Positions 18,623 through 29,034 of a stretch of DNA of 64,000 bases are shown piece by piece. The notes under the pieces were generated by a model. The model made no database searches, was not told where the DNA came from, and worked only from the letters and a program-made list of their open reading frames with translations. Each line of letters opens with the position of its first letter. The first letter of the stretch is position 1. This stretch comes from Candidatus Latescibacterota bacterium (GTDB lineage: Bacteria; Latescibacterota; UBA2968; UBA8231). Location of the stretch: positions 6,208,001-6,272,000 of the forward strand of contig OZ242214.1 in the NCBI GenBank assembly GCA_965206595.1, read 5' to 3'. A program made the position numbers and the translations under genes.

Positions 18623-18814
18623 GAAGGACTGTTTCGTCGAATAAACCGCAACACCCGAATGTAGGGATGCCTCCCTCGGGGGCACAATTTGAGCGCGACC
18701 CGGTCCAGGGAGCGGCTGCGGCCGGCGGCGGCAATTGAGGCCGGGTTTCAGCTGTCTACGCTGGTTTGGCTGCTCCCCCGGAGAAACGCAGGTCCGCGGT
18801 TGCCGAAGCGAGCT

Positions 18815-20170
18815 TCAGCGCTCGGCGTTCTCCGTGGGTTCGGCCGCGGATCCCAAGGAGGGCTCGGCTGGCTTTTCCGGGTCGAAGAAGGCCAGATCCC
18901 CAGGCGGCATGAGCAGCCGCCAGAGCGCCGGCAGCAGGACCACATACAGCAGCAAGTCGGCTATCGCGATTTGGCGCACCAGCTCGGAAAGGGGTGGGGC
19001 AAACAAGGAGGCGACGCCATCGGGCTGGAAGGCGACCTCGTACAGCAGCGCTCCCGCCGGCAACAGCAGCAGGCCGTGGCGACGGGAAAAAGCGTGGGGG
19101 GCCAGCGGCAGCGGATGCCAGGCCGAGGGTGCGAGCAGGCGGGCGGCCACCACCGCGAGGAGCTGCAGGAGCAGGAGCTCATACAGACCCGGAGCCCTGG
19201 AGGTCACCAGCTGGAAAGGATCGAGGGATGCGCCGGCGAGGGAAAAGAAAACCAGCCCCGCCGGGGAGCCGCCCGGCTCCAACATCTGGCGCAGACGGCC
19301 GGACCCGTCCAGTGCAGCGAGCGCCACCCCGGCGCCCAGCCCGGCGATCAGCGCAAACAGGTGGGCGTCGCGGACGAGAAGCGCAAGCAGCAGAAAGCCG
19401 GAGCTCAGCGCAACAACCGACGCCGTGCGCGTGCCCAGCAGCCGGAGCCGCCACAGCACCAGGGCCAGTGCGGGTCCGACTGCGGCCGAGGACCACAGCC
19501 GCAACAGAACCTGCCCGGCGCCGCTGGCGAACGAATCCTGTTGCGCAGCGAAGAGCAGGACGGCACTCAGCAGGATCAGGCTGAACCCGGCGCCGAGGGC
19601 AGCGGCCAGCACCGGTTCGTTTTTCCGGGTCAGCGTCGAAACGACGATCGGTCCCCAGAAGGTCGCCAGGGCCCCGATGGCAAGAGCGGATTCAACGGAG
19701 AGCCCGGCAAGCAGGATCGCCCCGCCTCCGAAAACGGCGGCCGTTCCCGCGGTCGACAGGAAGATCGCCAGAGGAAGGGGAGGTCGGCGCCGTTCCCAGC
19801 GCAGGTCCAGGCCGAGGCCGACTAGGCAACCCAGCCACAACGCCGCCACCGCGTAGACGAGACCGAGACTGCCAGAGGCAGCCGGCAGAACCGCCCGCAT
19901 CCCCCCTTGTCCGAGGATCAGTCCGGCGGCCATCCAGCCGACGACGTCGGGGACGGAGATGCTGCGGACCATCTGTTGAGCGACGAAGGCGAGCGCCAGG
20001 AGCAACCCGACAGACCACGCAGAGTCGATACCCGGTCGCGGTTCCGGCGTCACCATCGCCATGAAGAGCAGCAGGCAGACTACCGCCCAGCGGGAGTTAT
20101 GGGGAAATCGCGAAGGAATTCCTAGGGAGGACCTCGCCCTTCGCAATCCTCCGACTCCGATCTTTTTCAT
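18815..20170 (-). CDS. Polytopic membrane protein, divergent cation:proton antiporter-like
   Basis: About 12 hydrophobic segments; 'VPDVVGWMAAGLILG' and 'LVFFSLAGASLD' resemble CPA2 motifs. Start uncertain. Confidence 0.55.
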   Translation of the reverse strand: MKKIGVGGLRRARSSLGIPSRFPHNSRWAVVCLLLFMAMVTPEPRPGIDSAWSVGLLLALAFVAQQMVRSISVPDVVGWMAAGLILGQGGMRAVLPAASGSLGLVYAVAALWLGCLVGLGLDLRWERRRPPLPLAIFLSTAGTAAVFGGGAILLAGLSVESALAIGALATFWGPIVVSTLTRKNEPVLAAALGAGFSLILLSAVLLFAAQQDSFASGAGQVLLRLWSSAAVGPALALVLWRLRLLGTRTASVVALSSGFLLLALLVRDAHLFALIAGLGAGVALAALDGSGRLRQMLEPGGSPAGLVFFSLAGASLDPFQLVTSRAPGLYELLLLQLLAVVAARLLAPSAWHPLPLAPHAFSRRHGLLLLPAGALLYEVAFQPDGVASLFAPPLSELVRQIAIADLLLYVVLLPALWRLLMPPGDLAFFDPEKPAEPSLGSAAEPTENAER

Positions 20171-20227
20171 CCGCCGGCCCTGGCAGGCAGGTATTCGCTC
20201 CGCGCATCCGGCGGGGAGCTAGCCAGC

Positions 20228-22894
20228 CTACCTGCCGCCGCGCTGCTGCCGCCGCGCCCGCTCCTGTCGCCGCTGCGAACGTTCGTGCCCGGCCAGGAGA
20301 ACCGGGCTGGCGACGAACACGGAGGAGTAGGTTCCTACCAGGATACCCACGGCGAGGGTAAGGGTGAAGTCGCGAATCACCTCGCCGCCCCATATCATCA
20401 GTACCCCGACGGCGATCAGGGTGGTCAACGATGTTACTACGGTGCGGCTCAGGCACTCGTTGATGCTGATGTTGAGGGTGTCCCCGAACTCGGTACGCGC
20501 GCCGCTGCGCAGGTTTTCGCGGATGCGGTCGAAGACGACGATGGTGTCGTTAAGCGAATACCCGACGATGGCGAGGATCGCCGCCACCACCGCGAGCGTG
20601 ATCTCGATGTCGAGAATCGAAAGCAGGCCGAGGGTTATGAGCACGTCGTGAGCGAGGGCGGCGACTGCGGCGATGCCGAACAGGAACTGTTTGAAGCGCC
20701 AGGCCATGTAGACGAGGATCAGCGCCAGCGACACGATCACGGCGCGAATCGCCGCCCCGGCCAGCTCCTCGCCGATCTTGGGACCGACCTTTTCCTGTCG
20801 CCTTACCCAGTCGGCCTCCTCGGCGATGTTGCTGCCCAGTCCCGACCTCAGAACCTGCTTGATGCCGTCGGCGACATCGGTGCCCACCTCCGATTCGGTG
20901 ACGCGAATCAGGATGTTCTCCGGCGCTCCGAACTGCTTGATCTCACTCGAGCTGTAGTCGCGGGTGCGGTCCCCGACCGGGACCGAGCCGAGATTGGACC
21001 TGATTTCCTCGACCGGAACCGCCGGTTCGAAACGCAGCTCGAGCAGGGTGCCCCCCGCAAAATCAATACCGGGAGTCAGCTTGTTGACCGCGGCCACCGA
21101 GACCAGGCCGAGGGCGAGCACCGCGGTGGACACGAGCATGGCGATCTTGCGGAAGTGGATGAAGGGAATGCTCAGGTTCGACAGCACCCCGACCGGGCCG
21201 ATGCTCAAAGACTCGACCCGCTCCCTGCCGGTGTACAGCTCGAAAAGGCTGCGGGTGATGACGAGGGCGGTGAATAGACTCGAGACGATCCCGACGCACA
21301 GGGTGAGTGCGAAGCCGCGGATCGGACCGGTTCCGAACTCGTAGAGTACGATGCCGACGATGAAGGTTGTGAGGTTTGCGTCGATGATGGCGGAGAGCGC
21401 GTTGCCGTAGCCGCTGTCGATCGCCGAGCGCACCGTCTTGCCGGAGCGCAGCTCCTCGCGGATGCGTTCGAAGATCAGAACGTTGGCGTCGACCGCCATT
21501 CCGATGGTCAGGATGATACCGGCGATTCCCGGCAGGGTCAGGGTGGCCGAGAAACCGGCGAGAACCGCAAACACGAAGAGGATGTTCAAGGCCAGGGCGA
21601 CGTTGGCGACGAGGCCGGCGAAGCGGTAGTAGAGGAGCATGAAAACGGCGACGATGGCCATGCTGATCACCGCGGCCACTCGCCCCTGGGCTATCGAGTC
21701 CTTCCCGAGAGAGGGGCCCACGGTGCGGTCCTCGATTACTTCGACCTTGGCCGGCAGGGCTCCGGCGCGCAGCACGATGGCGAGGTCCTTGGCTTCTTCC
21801 TCGTTGCTGAGACCGGTGATTTCCGCGCGCCCGGTCATGATCTTGGTCTGCAACACGGGCGCCATGTAGACGGCGCCGTCGAGGACGATGGCGAGCCGCT
21901 CCCCGATGTGGGCGCCTGTGATCTGACGGAAAAGGCGGACGCCGTCGTCCGTCGTCGACAAGCCGACGACCGGCTGCCCCAGGTTCTCGATCTGTTGGCT
22001 GATCTGGACCTGGGCATCCTCGATCATGTTGCCGGTCATCTCCGGTTTCTTGCGCACCAGGAACAGTTTGTGGAACCGCTGCCCCGGGACCCCTTCGGAT
22101 TTGCTGCTGAAAAGGAACTCCACGTCCTCTGGGATGAGGGCTTCGCCGCGGGGGTCTTCGATGTGGGCCTTGACCGCGGGGACGTCCTCGATCCGGATGA
22201 CGACGTCGTCGCCAAGGCCCTGCAGGAGCGACGACAGCTCGCGGTACCCGGGGTCTTCCTTCTCCGGCTCCTCGAACAGTCCCTCGGCATCCTCGGCACC
22301 GGTTTCGAACACGCTCACCGGCTCCTCCCCTGCTGCTGAGTCCGCCATTGCGGCTGCCTCCCCTTCGACTTCCGGTTCAGCGTCGCTCGCCGCGGCCGCG
22401 CTGTCTTCGCTGCCGACGGCGAGCAGGCCGCTTATGCGCTGCAGCAGGCGGTTGCGGTCCTCGACCGGCTCGACGAGCTGGAACTCGAGCAGGGCGGTCT
22501 GTCCGATCAGGTTCTTGGCGCGCTCGACGTCCTGCAGGCCAGGAAGCTCGACGATGATGCGGTTGACCCCCTGGCGCTGGATGGTCGGCTCGGCGACGCC
22601 GAACTGATCGACGCGGTTGCGGATGACCTCCTGTGCCCGCGCCACCGCATCCTGCGCCTCGTCGTCAGTCATCCCCTCGATATCAACTTCCATCACGAGA
22701 TGGATTCCCCCTTGCAGGTCGAGCCCGAGAGTTATCGCGCGTCCGTGGAGGTCGAAATACTCGCCGGGGGAATTGAGCTTCATCGTCTCGCGGCCCGCGC
22801 TCGACATCCCGTAGAAGTCGAGCGACGGATACAGGTGGAAAACGGCGATGGCGATCAACGCCAGACTCAGGAGAACCTTCCAGTTCTTTCTCAT
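20228..22894 (-). CDS. secDF: Fused protein translocase subunit SecDF
   Basis: LGLDLQGG, VGPSLG, GMAVDANVLIFERIREE (SecD); GIDFAGG, GYSLNDTIVVFDRIREN (SecF). Confidence 0.97.
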   Translation of the reverse strand: MRKNWKVLLSLALIAIAVFHLYPSLDFYGMSSAGRETMKLNSPGEYFDLHGRAITLGLDLQGGIHLVMEVDIEGMTDDEAQDAVARAQEVIRNRVDQFGVAEPTIQRQGVNRIIVELPGLQDVERAKNLIGQTALLEFQLVEPVEDRNRLLQRISGLLAVGSEDSAAAASDAEPEVEGEAAAMADSAAGEEPVSVFETGAEDAEGLFEEPEKEDPGYRELSSLLQGLGDDVVIRIEDVPAVKAHIEDPRGEALIPEDVEFLFSSKSEGVPGQRFHKLFLVRKKPEMTGNMIEDAQVQISQQIENLGQPVVGLSTTDDGVRLFRQITGAHIGERLAIVLDGAVYMAPVLQTKIMTGRAEITGLSNEEEAKDLAIVLRAGALPAKVEVIEDRTVGPSLGKDSIAQGRVAAVISMAIVAVFMLLYYRFAGLVANVALALNILFVFAVLAGFSATLTLPGIAGIILTIGMAVDANVLIFERIREELRSGKTVRSAIDSGYGNALSAIIDANLTTFIVGIVLYEFGTGPIRGFALTLCVGIVSSLFTALVITRSLFELYTGRERVESLSIGPVGVLSNLSIPFIHFRKIAMLVSTAVLALGLVSVAAVNKLTPGIDFAGGTLLELRFEPAVPVEEIRSNLGSVPVGDRTRDYSSSEIKQFGAPENILIRVTESEVGTDVADGIKQVLRSGLGSNIAEEADWVRRQEKVGPKIGEELAGAAIRAVIVSLALILVYMAWRFKQFLFGIAAVAALAHDVLITLGLLSILDIEITLAVVAAILAIVGYSLNDTIVVFDRIRENLRSGARTEFGDTLNISINECLSRTVVTSLTTLIAVGVLMIWGGEVIRDFTLTLAVGILVGTYSSVFVASPVLLAGHERSQRRQERARRQQRGGR

Positions 22895-22940
22895 CTTCTC
22901 ACGTATCCCATAGTTGCTTGTCCGCGAAATTGCCGGGACA

Positions 22941-23966
22941 CTACTCCAGCGGATTCAGCGGAAGTTTCATTTCCTCAAGGCGGCCGTCGAGGCCGGACGA
23001 TACCCGGTGGAGAACCGCCCCGTCCTCGATGTAGAAAATCACCGCCTCGGCCCTGGGGAGCGTCTCGACGAACTCGATACCCTCGACCGGTCCCATCACG
23101 AAGACCGCGGTCGCCAGGATATCGGCGTCGAGCGCGGTTTCCGTCCATACCGAGGCGCTGATCGCCCTTGCGGCGGGATACCCGGTGGCCGGGTCGAGCA
23201 GGTGGTGGTAGCGTCTGCCCTCGAACTCGAACGCCTGCTCGTAGTCTCCCGAAGTCGCAAGGGCCGGAAGTCCCACCTCTTCAGCTACCAGGTAGCGTTC
23301 GCGCTCCCTGGGATGCAGCAGGCCCAAGCGCCAGTCGCTGCCGTCCGGCTTGTCCCCCCAGTAGCGGATGTCGCCGCCGGCCTCGACGAGCCCCGCCTCG
23401 ACACCGGCCTCGCGCAGCGCCTCGACGGCGCGGTCGACGGCGTATCCCTTGGCCGATCCGCCGAGGTCGACGCGCATCTCCGGCGCCGCCAGGGCGATCC
23501 CGGAGGGGCCGACCTGCAACCGGCGGAAGTCGACCAGGGCACGCGCCGAGTCGACCCGTGACGAATCCGGCGGGACCGCGGCTTCGGGAAAGTTCCACAG
23601 CACCGTCAAAGGGCCGACGGTGGGGTCGTATGCCCCGCCGGTTCGGCGCGACCAGTAGAGACCCCGTTCCACCACGAACCGCAGTCCGGGCGCCTGGTCG
23701 TCGAGGCCGACACTGTCGGCGCTGTTGAGGCGACCGACGGCGCTGTCCGTCCGGTACCGGCTCAGCGACGAGTCGATGGCGTCGATCTCCCCTGCTGCCA
23801 GGGTGAAAAGCTCACCGGCTTCCTTCTCCGCGGCGTACATCGAAATGCGCACGACCGTGCCCATGGCGACATGGTGCTTCTCCACGGGAGGCGCGACTTC
23901 CGCGGGCGGCAGCAGTAGAAACAGGAAAAGCAGTCCCGCGCCGCCCAGAAGGATGCGCGCCCTCAA
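22941..23966 (-). CDS. apbE: FAD:protein FMN transferase ApbE
   Basis: AMGT, DPTVGPL, DLGGSAKGYAVD, ATSGDYE, YHHLLDPATGYP, ADILATA. Confidence 0.93.
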   Translation of the reverse strand: MRARILLGGAGLLFLFLLLPPAEVAPPVEKHHVAMGTVVRISMYAAEKEAGELFTLAAGEIDAIDSSLSRYRTDSAVGRLNSADSVGLDDQAPGLRFVVERGLYWSRRTGGAYDPTVGPLTVLWNFPEAAVPPDSSRVDSARALVDFRRLQVGPSGIALAAPEMRVDLGGSAKGYAVDRAVEALREAGVEAGLVEAGGDIRYWGDKPDGSDWRLGLLHPRERERYLVAEEVGLPALATSGDYEQAFEFEGRRYHHLLDPATGYPAARAISASVWTETALDADILATAVFVMGPVEGIEFVETLPRAEAVIFYIEDGAVLHRVSSGLDGRLEEMKLPLNPLE

Positions 23967-23969
23967 ATC

Positions 23970-24938
23970 TCAATTTTCGCGTTCGACCACGAGGCGGGCC
24001 GCGGTTTCGAGGATGGCCAGCGGCACGGACGGCTCGAGACCCCGCAGGCACTCCCGCGCCATGCCTGCGTATCGGCGCGCCTCCTCGGCGGCCGAGCCGA
24101 GTCCGTCCCGCGCTTCGACGAAATGCACGACCTCCTGCCAGTCGGACTCCGCCTGCTCTTCGCGCCTGAGGATCGCCTCGATCCGCTGGCGCTCGCTGTC
24201 GCCGGCCGCGGCGAGGGCGCGAATCAGCGGCAGGGTGATCTTGCCCTCGCGCAAATCGGAGCCGACCGGTTTCCCCATGGTGTCGGCGTCACCCGTGAAA
24301 TCGAGCATGTCGTCGGCGATCTGAAAGGCGAGCCCGAGGTACTCGCCGTACTTGCCCAGTGCCTCGGCTGTACGCGTCGGCGCCCCGGCGATCAAGGGAC
24401 CGATCTTGCAGGAGGCGGCGATCAGCGACGCGGTCTTGTCCCCCACCATGGCGAAATAGGAGGACTCTCTCGTGTCGCGCTGCAGCGAGATCTGGGACTC
24501 GTGGATTTCTCCCTGGATGAGACGTTCCGTGGCCCTGGAAACCGCGGCCAGGGCATCGCGGTTGCCGAGGTCGACGAGCAGGGAGAGCGACCGGGCGAAC
24601 AGAAAGTCGCCGATCATCACCGCGGTGTGGTCGCTCCACTTCGAGTTGACGGACGGTTTGCCCCGCCGCGTCTCGGCGCGGTCGACGACATCGTCGTGGA
24701 TCATGGTGGCGGCGTGGATCATCTCGACCGCGACTCCAGCGTCGATGACGCGATCGTCCCACGAGCCGGTCGCCTTGGTGCAGACCACGGCGAGAGCCGG
24801 CCGCAGCCTCTTCCCCTTGAGGGTGGCCATGTAGCGGGCAACCTGGTTCACCATTTCGACATCCGACCGCAACATCTCGTCGAGGCGGCGTTCGAAGATG
24901 TCGATCTCTTTCTGGATGGGGCCGAGCAGCTGGTCCAT
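23970..24938 (-). CDS. Long-chain polyprenyl diphosphate synthase (IspB/HepT-like)
   Basis: GKRLRP, HDDVVD..RRG, GDFL, KTA, FQIADDMLD, GKITLP. Start reassigned to ATG 24938. Confidence 0.92.
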   Translation of the reverse strand: MDQLLGPIQKEIDIFERRLDEMLRSDVEMVNQVARYMATLKGKRLRPALAVVCTKATGSWDDRVIDAGVAVEMIHAATMIHDDVVDRAETRRGKPSVNSKWSDHTAVMIGDFLFARSLSLLVDLGNRDALAAVSRATERLIQGEIHESQISLQRDTRESSYFAMVGDKTASLIAASCKIGPLIAGAPTRTAEALGKYGEYLGLAFQIADDMLDFTGDADTMGKPVGSDLREGKITLPLIRALAAAGDSERQRIEAILRREEQAESDWQEVVHFVEARDGLGSAAEEARRYAGMARECLRGLEPSVPLAILETAARLVVEREN

Positions 24939-25094
24939 GTAGGGTCGGGAAATGCCGCGAAACGGGGCCGGCAATCGGCGCCGGCATCGCGAAACAGCGT
25001 CTGAATTGCGGAGTAATTTGGTAATTAAAAGAAAGACAGATAGGTGGAGTGTCAAAAAGGGTGCGTACAGCCGTCCTCCGGCCGCGGTCCGGTG

Positions 25095-26261
25095 TCACAG
25101 ATCGGGGTACATGCGCCCCCGGTTGAGGATCGAGCGGGGATCGAGGGCTTTCTTCAGCGCCCTGTTGGCAGCCATCAGCGGCGGCGGAAGGGGTGTGAAG
25201 GCTTGGCTGTTGTCGTCCTGAGGGCCGGTAGAGAACCGCCATGCTCCACCCCCGCAGTCGAGGGCGCTGGCGTGCAGGGCGGCCCCGTCGCAGGCGGAAC
25301 GCATCAAGGCCCACACGGTGGCCCCGGCCTGGTCGAGGCCGCAGCGCACCAATCCCTGCGGCCGCAGCCGTTCGATCAGGGAAACCGCTGCGCTCGGGGG
25401 AACCGAAAAGCGCCACAGCTCCTCGCCGGCCCCAGGTTGCATTGCCGAGAGCTCGCGGATTTCCCCCCAGGTCCGGCGGGACTGGTCGGCATCCAGTATC
25501 CCGGCGGCGCTTCCGGTCTCCCGCGCCAGTGCTTCCGCCTGCTCCACAACCGCTGCCTCCAGTCCCTCGACGCGGGCGAAGGTGCGGTTGTCCTCGCCGC
25601 CTGCCGGGAACCAGGCCAGGCCGCTGATTTCGCAGGGAAGACGGGCCCACGACATCAGTGTTTCCGCCGCCTCGCCGATGCCGAGCCCTTCAATGGGTAC
25701 GGTGCGCTCGCTCTGCGGCCGCGGCCACAGCTTCAGGCAGATCTCGGTCAGCACTCCGAGAGTCCCGAAGGATCCGGTAAGTGCGCGGGGCAGGTCGTAG
25801 CCGGTGACGTTCTTGACAACCTTGCCGCCGGCGCGCACGAGCTCCCCCCGGCCGTCGACGAACTCGATCCCGAGGACGAAATCGCGGGCGGCCCCGGCCT
25901 TGAAACGCCGCGGTCCGGAAATGCCAATGGCGATCGTGCCGCCGAGCGTTGCTGCGGGGGACCAGTGCGGCGGCTCGAAGGAAAGGTGCTGGCCGCGCTC
26001 GGCGAGGAGCTGCTCCAGGGCGGCCAGTCTCATTCCGGGCCGCGCGACGACTATCAGCTCGTCCGGCTCGTAGCTCACGAGGCCGTCCAGCCCGGACAGC
26101 TCCAGCCGGTCCCCCTGCAGTCCTCCGCGGCCGAGAAAGGAACGCGTGCCGTTGCCGGCGATCACCAGGCTGCGCCCGCGGGCGGCCGCCTGGCGCACCG
26201 TCTCGGCCAGCTCTTCCGGATCTCCCGGCAGCGGTTCCCGCGCGCGAGTCGCCTGGGTCAT
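25095..26261 (-). CDS. glcE: Glycolate oxidase FAD-binding subunit GlcE
   Basis: YEPDEL, ATLGG, GGKVVKNVTGYDL, GSFGTLG, LKKALDP..ILNRGR. Confidence 0.88.
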   Translation of the reverse strand: MTQATRAREPLPGDPEELAETVRQAAARGRSLVIAGNGTRSFLGRGGLQGDRLELSGLDGLVSYEPDELIVVARPGMRLAALEQLLAERGQHLSFEPPHWSPAATLGGTIAIGISGPRRFKAGAARDFVLGIEFVDGRGELVRAGGKVVKNVTGYDLPRALTGSFGTLGVLTEICLKLWPRPQSERTVPIEGLGIGEAAETLMSWARLPCEISGLAWFPAGGEDNRTFARVEGLEAAVVEQAEALARETGSAAGILDADQSRRTWGEIRELSAMQPGAGEELWRFSVPPSAAVSLIERLRPQGLVRCGLDQAGATVWALMRSACDGAALHASALDCGGGAWRFSTGPQDDNSQAFTPLPPPLMAANRALKKALDPRSILNRGRMYPDL

Positions 26262-26264
26262 CCC

Positions 26265-27749
26265 TCAGAAACGCTCGAGCCCGGGAAAGGAGAGTTTCCC
26301 CCCGTGCACGTGCATGCGCCCTTCCGCGCAGCGCCGGAGCACGGGATACACCTTTCCCGGATTCAACAGGTGGCTGGGATCGAACTCCGCCTTGACGCGC
26401 TCCTGGGCGTCGAGGTCGGAGTCCCCGAACATGCAGGGCATGAGGTCCCTCTTCTCGATGCCGACGCCGTGCTCTCCCGTCAGCACGCCCCCGACGGCGA
26501 CGCAGAGCTTGAGGATCTCGGCGCCGAGATCCTCGGCTGTCTCCAGCTGTCCGGGCTGGTTGCCGTCGTAGAGGACGAGCGGATGCAGGTTGCCGTCCCC
26601 GGCGTGAAAGACGTTGGCCACGGCGAGACCGTACAATTCCGAAAGCTCCTGGATGCGGCTCAGGACCTCCGGCAGGCGCCCCCTCGGAATGGTGCCGTCC
26701 ATGCAGTAGTAATCCGGAGTGATCCTGCCCATCGCCGGGAACGCCGCCTTGCGGCCCGTCCACAGCTGCAGCCGCTCCGCCTCGTTCGCCGACTTCTTCA
26801 TCTGCCCCGCCCCTGCGGCCAGCAGCAGCTCTTCGAGCCGCGGAAACTGGGCCTCGACCTCGGCGCGGGGACCGTCGAGCTCGACGAGCAGCAGCGACTC
26901 GACCCCGCGCGGGTACCCGCACCCGAGAAAGTCCTCGACCGCTTCTATCGCCAGCCGGTCCATGATCTCCATACCCGCGGGAACCATACCGGAAGCTATG
27001 ATGTCGGCGACCGCGCGCCCGGCGGCCTGCACGCTGTCGAATACCACCATGACGGCGCGCGCCGTCTCCGGCTTCGGCAGAATGCGCAGCGTCGCCTGCG
27101 TGATGAGGCCGAGAAGGCCCTCCGATCCCGTCATCAGGGCCAACAGGTCGTAGCCGTTGCGCTCCAGCCCCTTGCCGCCGATCTCGACGACCTTCCCATC
27201 CGCCAGCACGATATGCAGTCCGAGGACGTTGTTGGTCGTCGTGCCGTACTTGAGGCAGTGCACGCCGCCGGAGTTCTCGGCGATGTTGCCCCCGATCGTG
27301 CAGGCGAGCTGGCTCGAAGGATCCGGGGCGTAGTAGAACCCCCGGTGCTGGACCGCATGGGTCACCCCGAGGTTGGTCACCCCCGGCTCGACCGTGACCG
27401 TGCGGTTGTCGTAGTCGATGTCGAGGATGCGGTTCATCGCCGCCATGCTGACGACGACGCCGTCCTGCAGCGGCAGGGCGCCCCCCGACAGTCCGGTGCC
27501 GGCCCCCCAGGGGACGATCGGGATGCCGATGTCGCAACAGGTTTTCATCAGGCCGGAAACCTGTTGCGACGAGCGGGGCAGGACGACGGCCATGGGAACC
27601 TGGCGGTACGCCGACAGGGCGTCGCATTCGTAGGCAACCAGATCCTCCTGCCGGTGGATGACCTGGCTTTCGTCGAGGAGCCCGCGGAGTCTGCGCACGA
27701 GCTCGTCGCGGCGCTGCAGGCGGGCGGGATCGGGTTGCGGCAGCTGCAT
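26265..27749 (-). CDS. glcD: Glycolate oxidase subunit GlcD
   Basis: GAGTGLSGG, YAPDPSSQLACTIGGN, HCLKYG, HAGDGNLHP, GEHGVG. Confidence 0.92.
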   Translation of the reverse strand: MQLPQPDPARLQRRDELVRRLRGLLDESQVIHRQEDLVAYECDALSAYRQVPMAVVLPRSSQQVSGLMKTCCDIGIPIVPWGAGTGLSGGALPLQDGVVVSMAAMNRILDIDYDNRTVTVEPGVTNLGVTHAVQHRGFYYAPDPSSQLACTIGGNIAENSGGVHCLKYGTTTNNVLGLHIVLADGKVVEIGGKGLERNGYDLLALMTGSEGLLGLITQATLRILPKPETARAVMVVFDSVQAAGRAVADIIASGMVPAGMEIMDRLAIEAVEDFLGCGYPRGVESLLLVELDGPRAEVEAQFPRLEELLLAAGAGQMKKSANEAERLQLWTGRKAAFPAMGRITPDYYCMDGTIPRGRLPEVLSRIQELSELYGLAVANVFHAGDGNLHPLVLYDGNQPGQLETAEDLGAEILKLCVAVGGVLTGEHGVGIEKRDLMPCMFGDSDLDAQERVKAEFDPSHLLNPGKVYPVLRRCAEGRMHVHGGKLSFPGLERF

Positions 27750-27765
27750 ACGGCGAACGCGAAGA

Positions 27766-28794
27766 TTAGCCGGAGCTTTCGAGTCCGAGCTCTTCGGAGT
27801 AGGCGAAAAGGGCGGGGGTGCCGCCTGTGTGCACGAACAACAGGGTGTGTTCGCGGGACCACCAGCCGCGCCCGATGTGGGCGATCAGCCCGGCCATGGT
27901 CTTTCCCGTATACGAGGGGTCGAGCAGGAGCCCTTCGGCGCGGGCGACCTGCTTGATGGCAGCGCGACTTTCTTCGGTGACGACCCCGTAGTCCGGTCCG
28001 ACGAACTCGGCGTAGCTCTCGAAGTCCTCCGCCTCGAACTTGAGGTCGAGGTCGAGAATGCGCGCCTGTTCGGCGGCCAGGGCGGCCATCCTCCCCGCTG
28101 CCTCGGCATCGTCGCGCGGGGCGGAACTGATTCCGACGATGCGCAGGCCGAGTCCGAGCGCCTTGCTGGCGACCACCATGCCGGTGTGGGTGTGGGCCCC
28201 GGAGCAGAGGTAGACGGCGTCGGGCCGGATTTTTCTGCTCTGCAACTGTTCCCACAGCTCGAGGAAGCCGTCGACGTAAGCGATGCCGCGATAAATGAAA
28301 CCGTCCGTGCTGGTGTTGAAGGGGCGGTGGCCCGCGGCCCGCAGCTCTTCCATGCGCGTGGCGATCGCCGCGGTCTGGGAGTCCGGCGGTTCCAGGAAAA
28401 CCTCGGCCCCGAAGAGACGCGATAGCAGCAGATTGCCCTGGCTGTGGGCATGGGCGTCCCGGCGGCCGACGACGACGGAACGCAGCCCGAGCCTGGCGGC
28501 GACGGCCGCGGTCTGGCGCGACTGGTTCGACTGCGCCGCGGCCCCGTGCAGCAGCACGTCGCAGCCCTGTTCCACCGCCTGCGCCAGCGAGTACTCGAAC
28601 TCCCTGATCTTGTTTCCCCCCATGGCCAGGCCGGTGAGGTCCTCCCGCTTGACCAACAGGCGGGGCCCGAGCTCGGCGCTCAGCCGCGGCAACGGCTCGA
28701 GCGGGGTAGGGAGGATCGCGAGGTTCAAGCGGGGCAGGCGCCCCAGGCGCTCGCGGATTTCTGACGCCGTGAAGGTCAAGGGGGTTCGTCCCAA
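27766..28794 (-). CDS. PLP-dependent D-cysteine desulfhydrase / cysteate sulfo-lyase family
   Basis: PTPL, KREDLTG..GGNKIR, QSN, LLDPSYTGK, FVHTGG. Confidence 0.85.
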   Translation of the reverse strand: MGRTPLTFTASEIRERLGRLPRLNLAILPTPLEPLPRLSAELGPRLLVKREDLTGLAMGGNKIREFEYSLAQAVEQGCDVLLHGAAAQSNQSRQTAAVAARLGLRSVVVGRRDAHAHSQGNLLLSRLFGAEVFLEPPDSQTAAIATRMEELRAAGHRPFNTSTDGFIYRGIAYVDGFLELWEQLQSRKIRPDAVYLCSGAHTHTGMVVASKALGLGLRIVGISSAPRDDAEAAGRMAALAAEQARILDLDLKFEAEDFESYAEFVGPDYGVVTEESRAAIKQVARAEGLLLDPSYTGKTMAGLIAHIGRGWWSREHTLLFVHTGGTPALFAYSEELGLESSG

Positions 28795-29034
28795 GCTGCG
28801 GAGAGGGTATTAGTTTAGAAGATAGGTTCGGGCCGAGCAGGGAGCCATCGCCGCCCGTCCGCACGACTTTAGATAAATTCAATGCAGCAAACAAGTTGTC
28901 GAATTCAGGAGGCGTCCTTAGGTTAAACGGATGTAACGTTTCCCGCCGCTTGCTTTACAGTTCGGCCTCTTCTCGCTGCCTTCCTCCCCCACCGCGAGAC
29001 CCAGGCGCCGGACTGAAACCGACTCCACGGCGAC

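Noticed and set aside
25044-25054. TTGACACTCCA shared with 48102-48112
   Set aside because: Most simply two -35 hexamers with a chance 5-nt extension; two copies do not support a regulon motif.
27766-28794. ACC deaminase
   Set aside because: Has YTGK rather than the YEGK diagnostic of true ACC deaminases.
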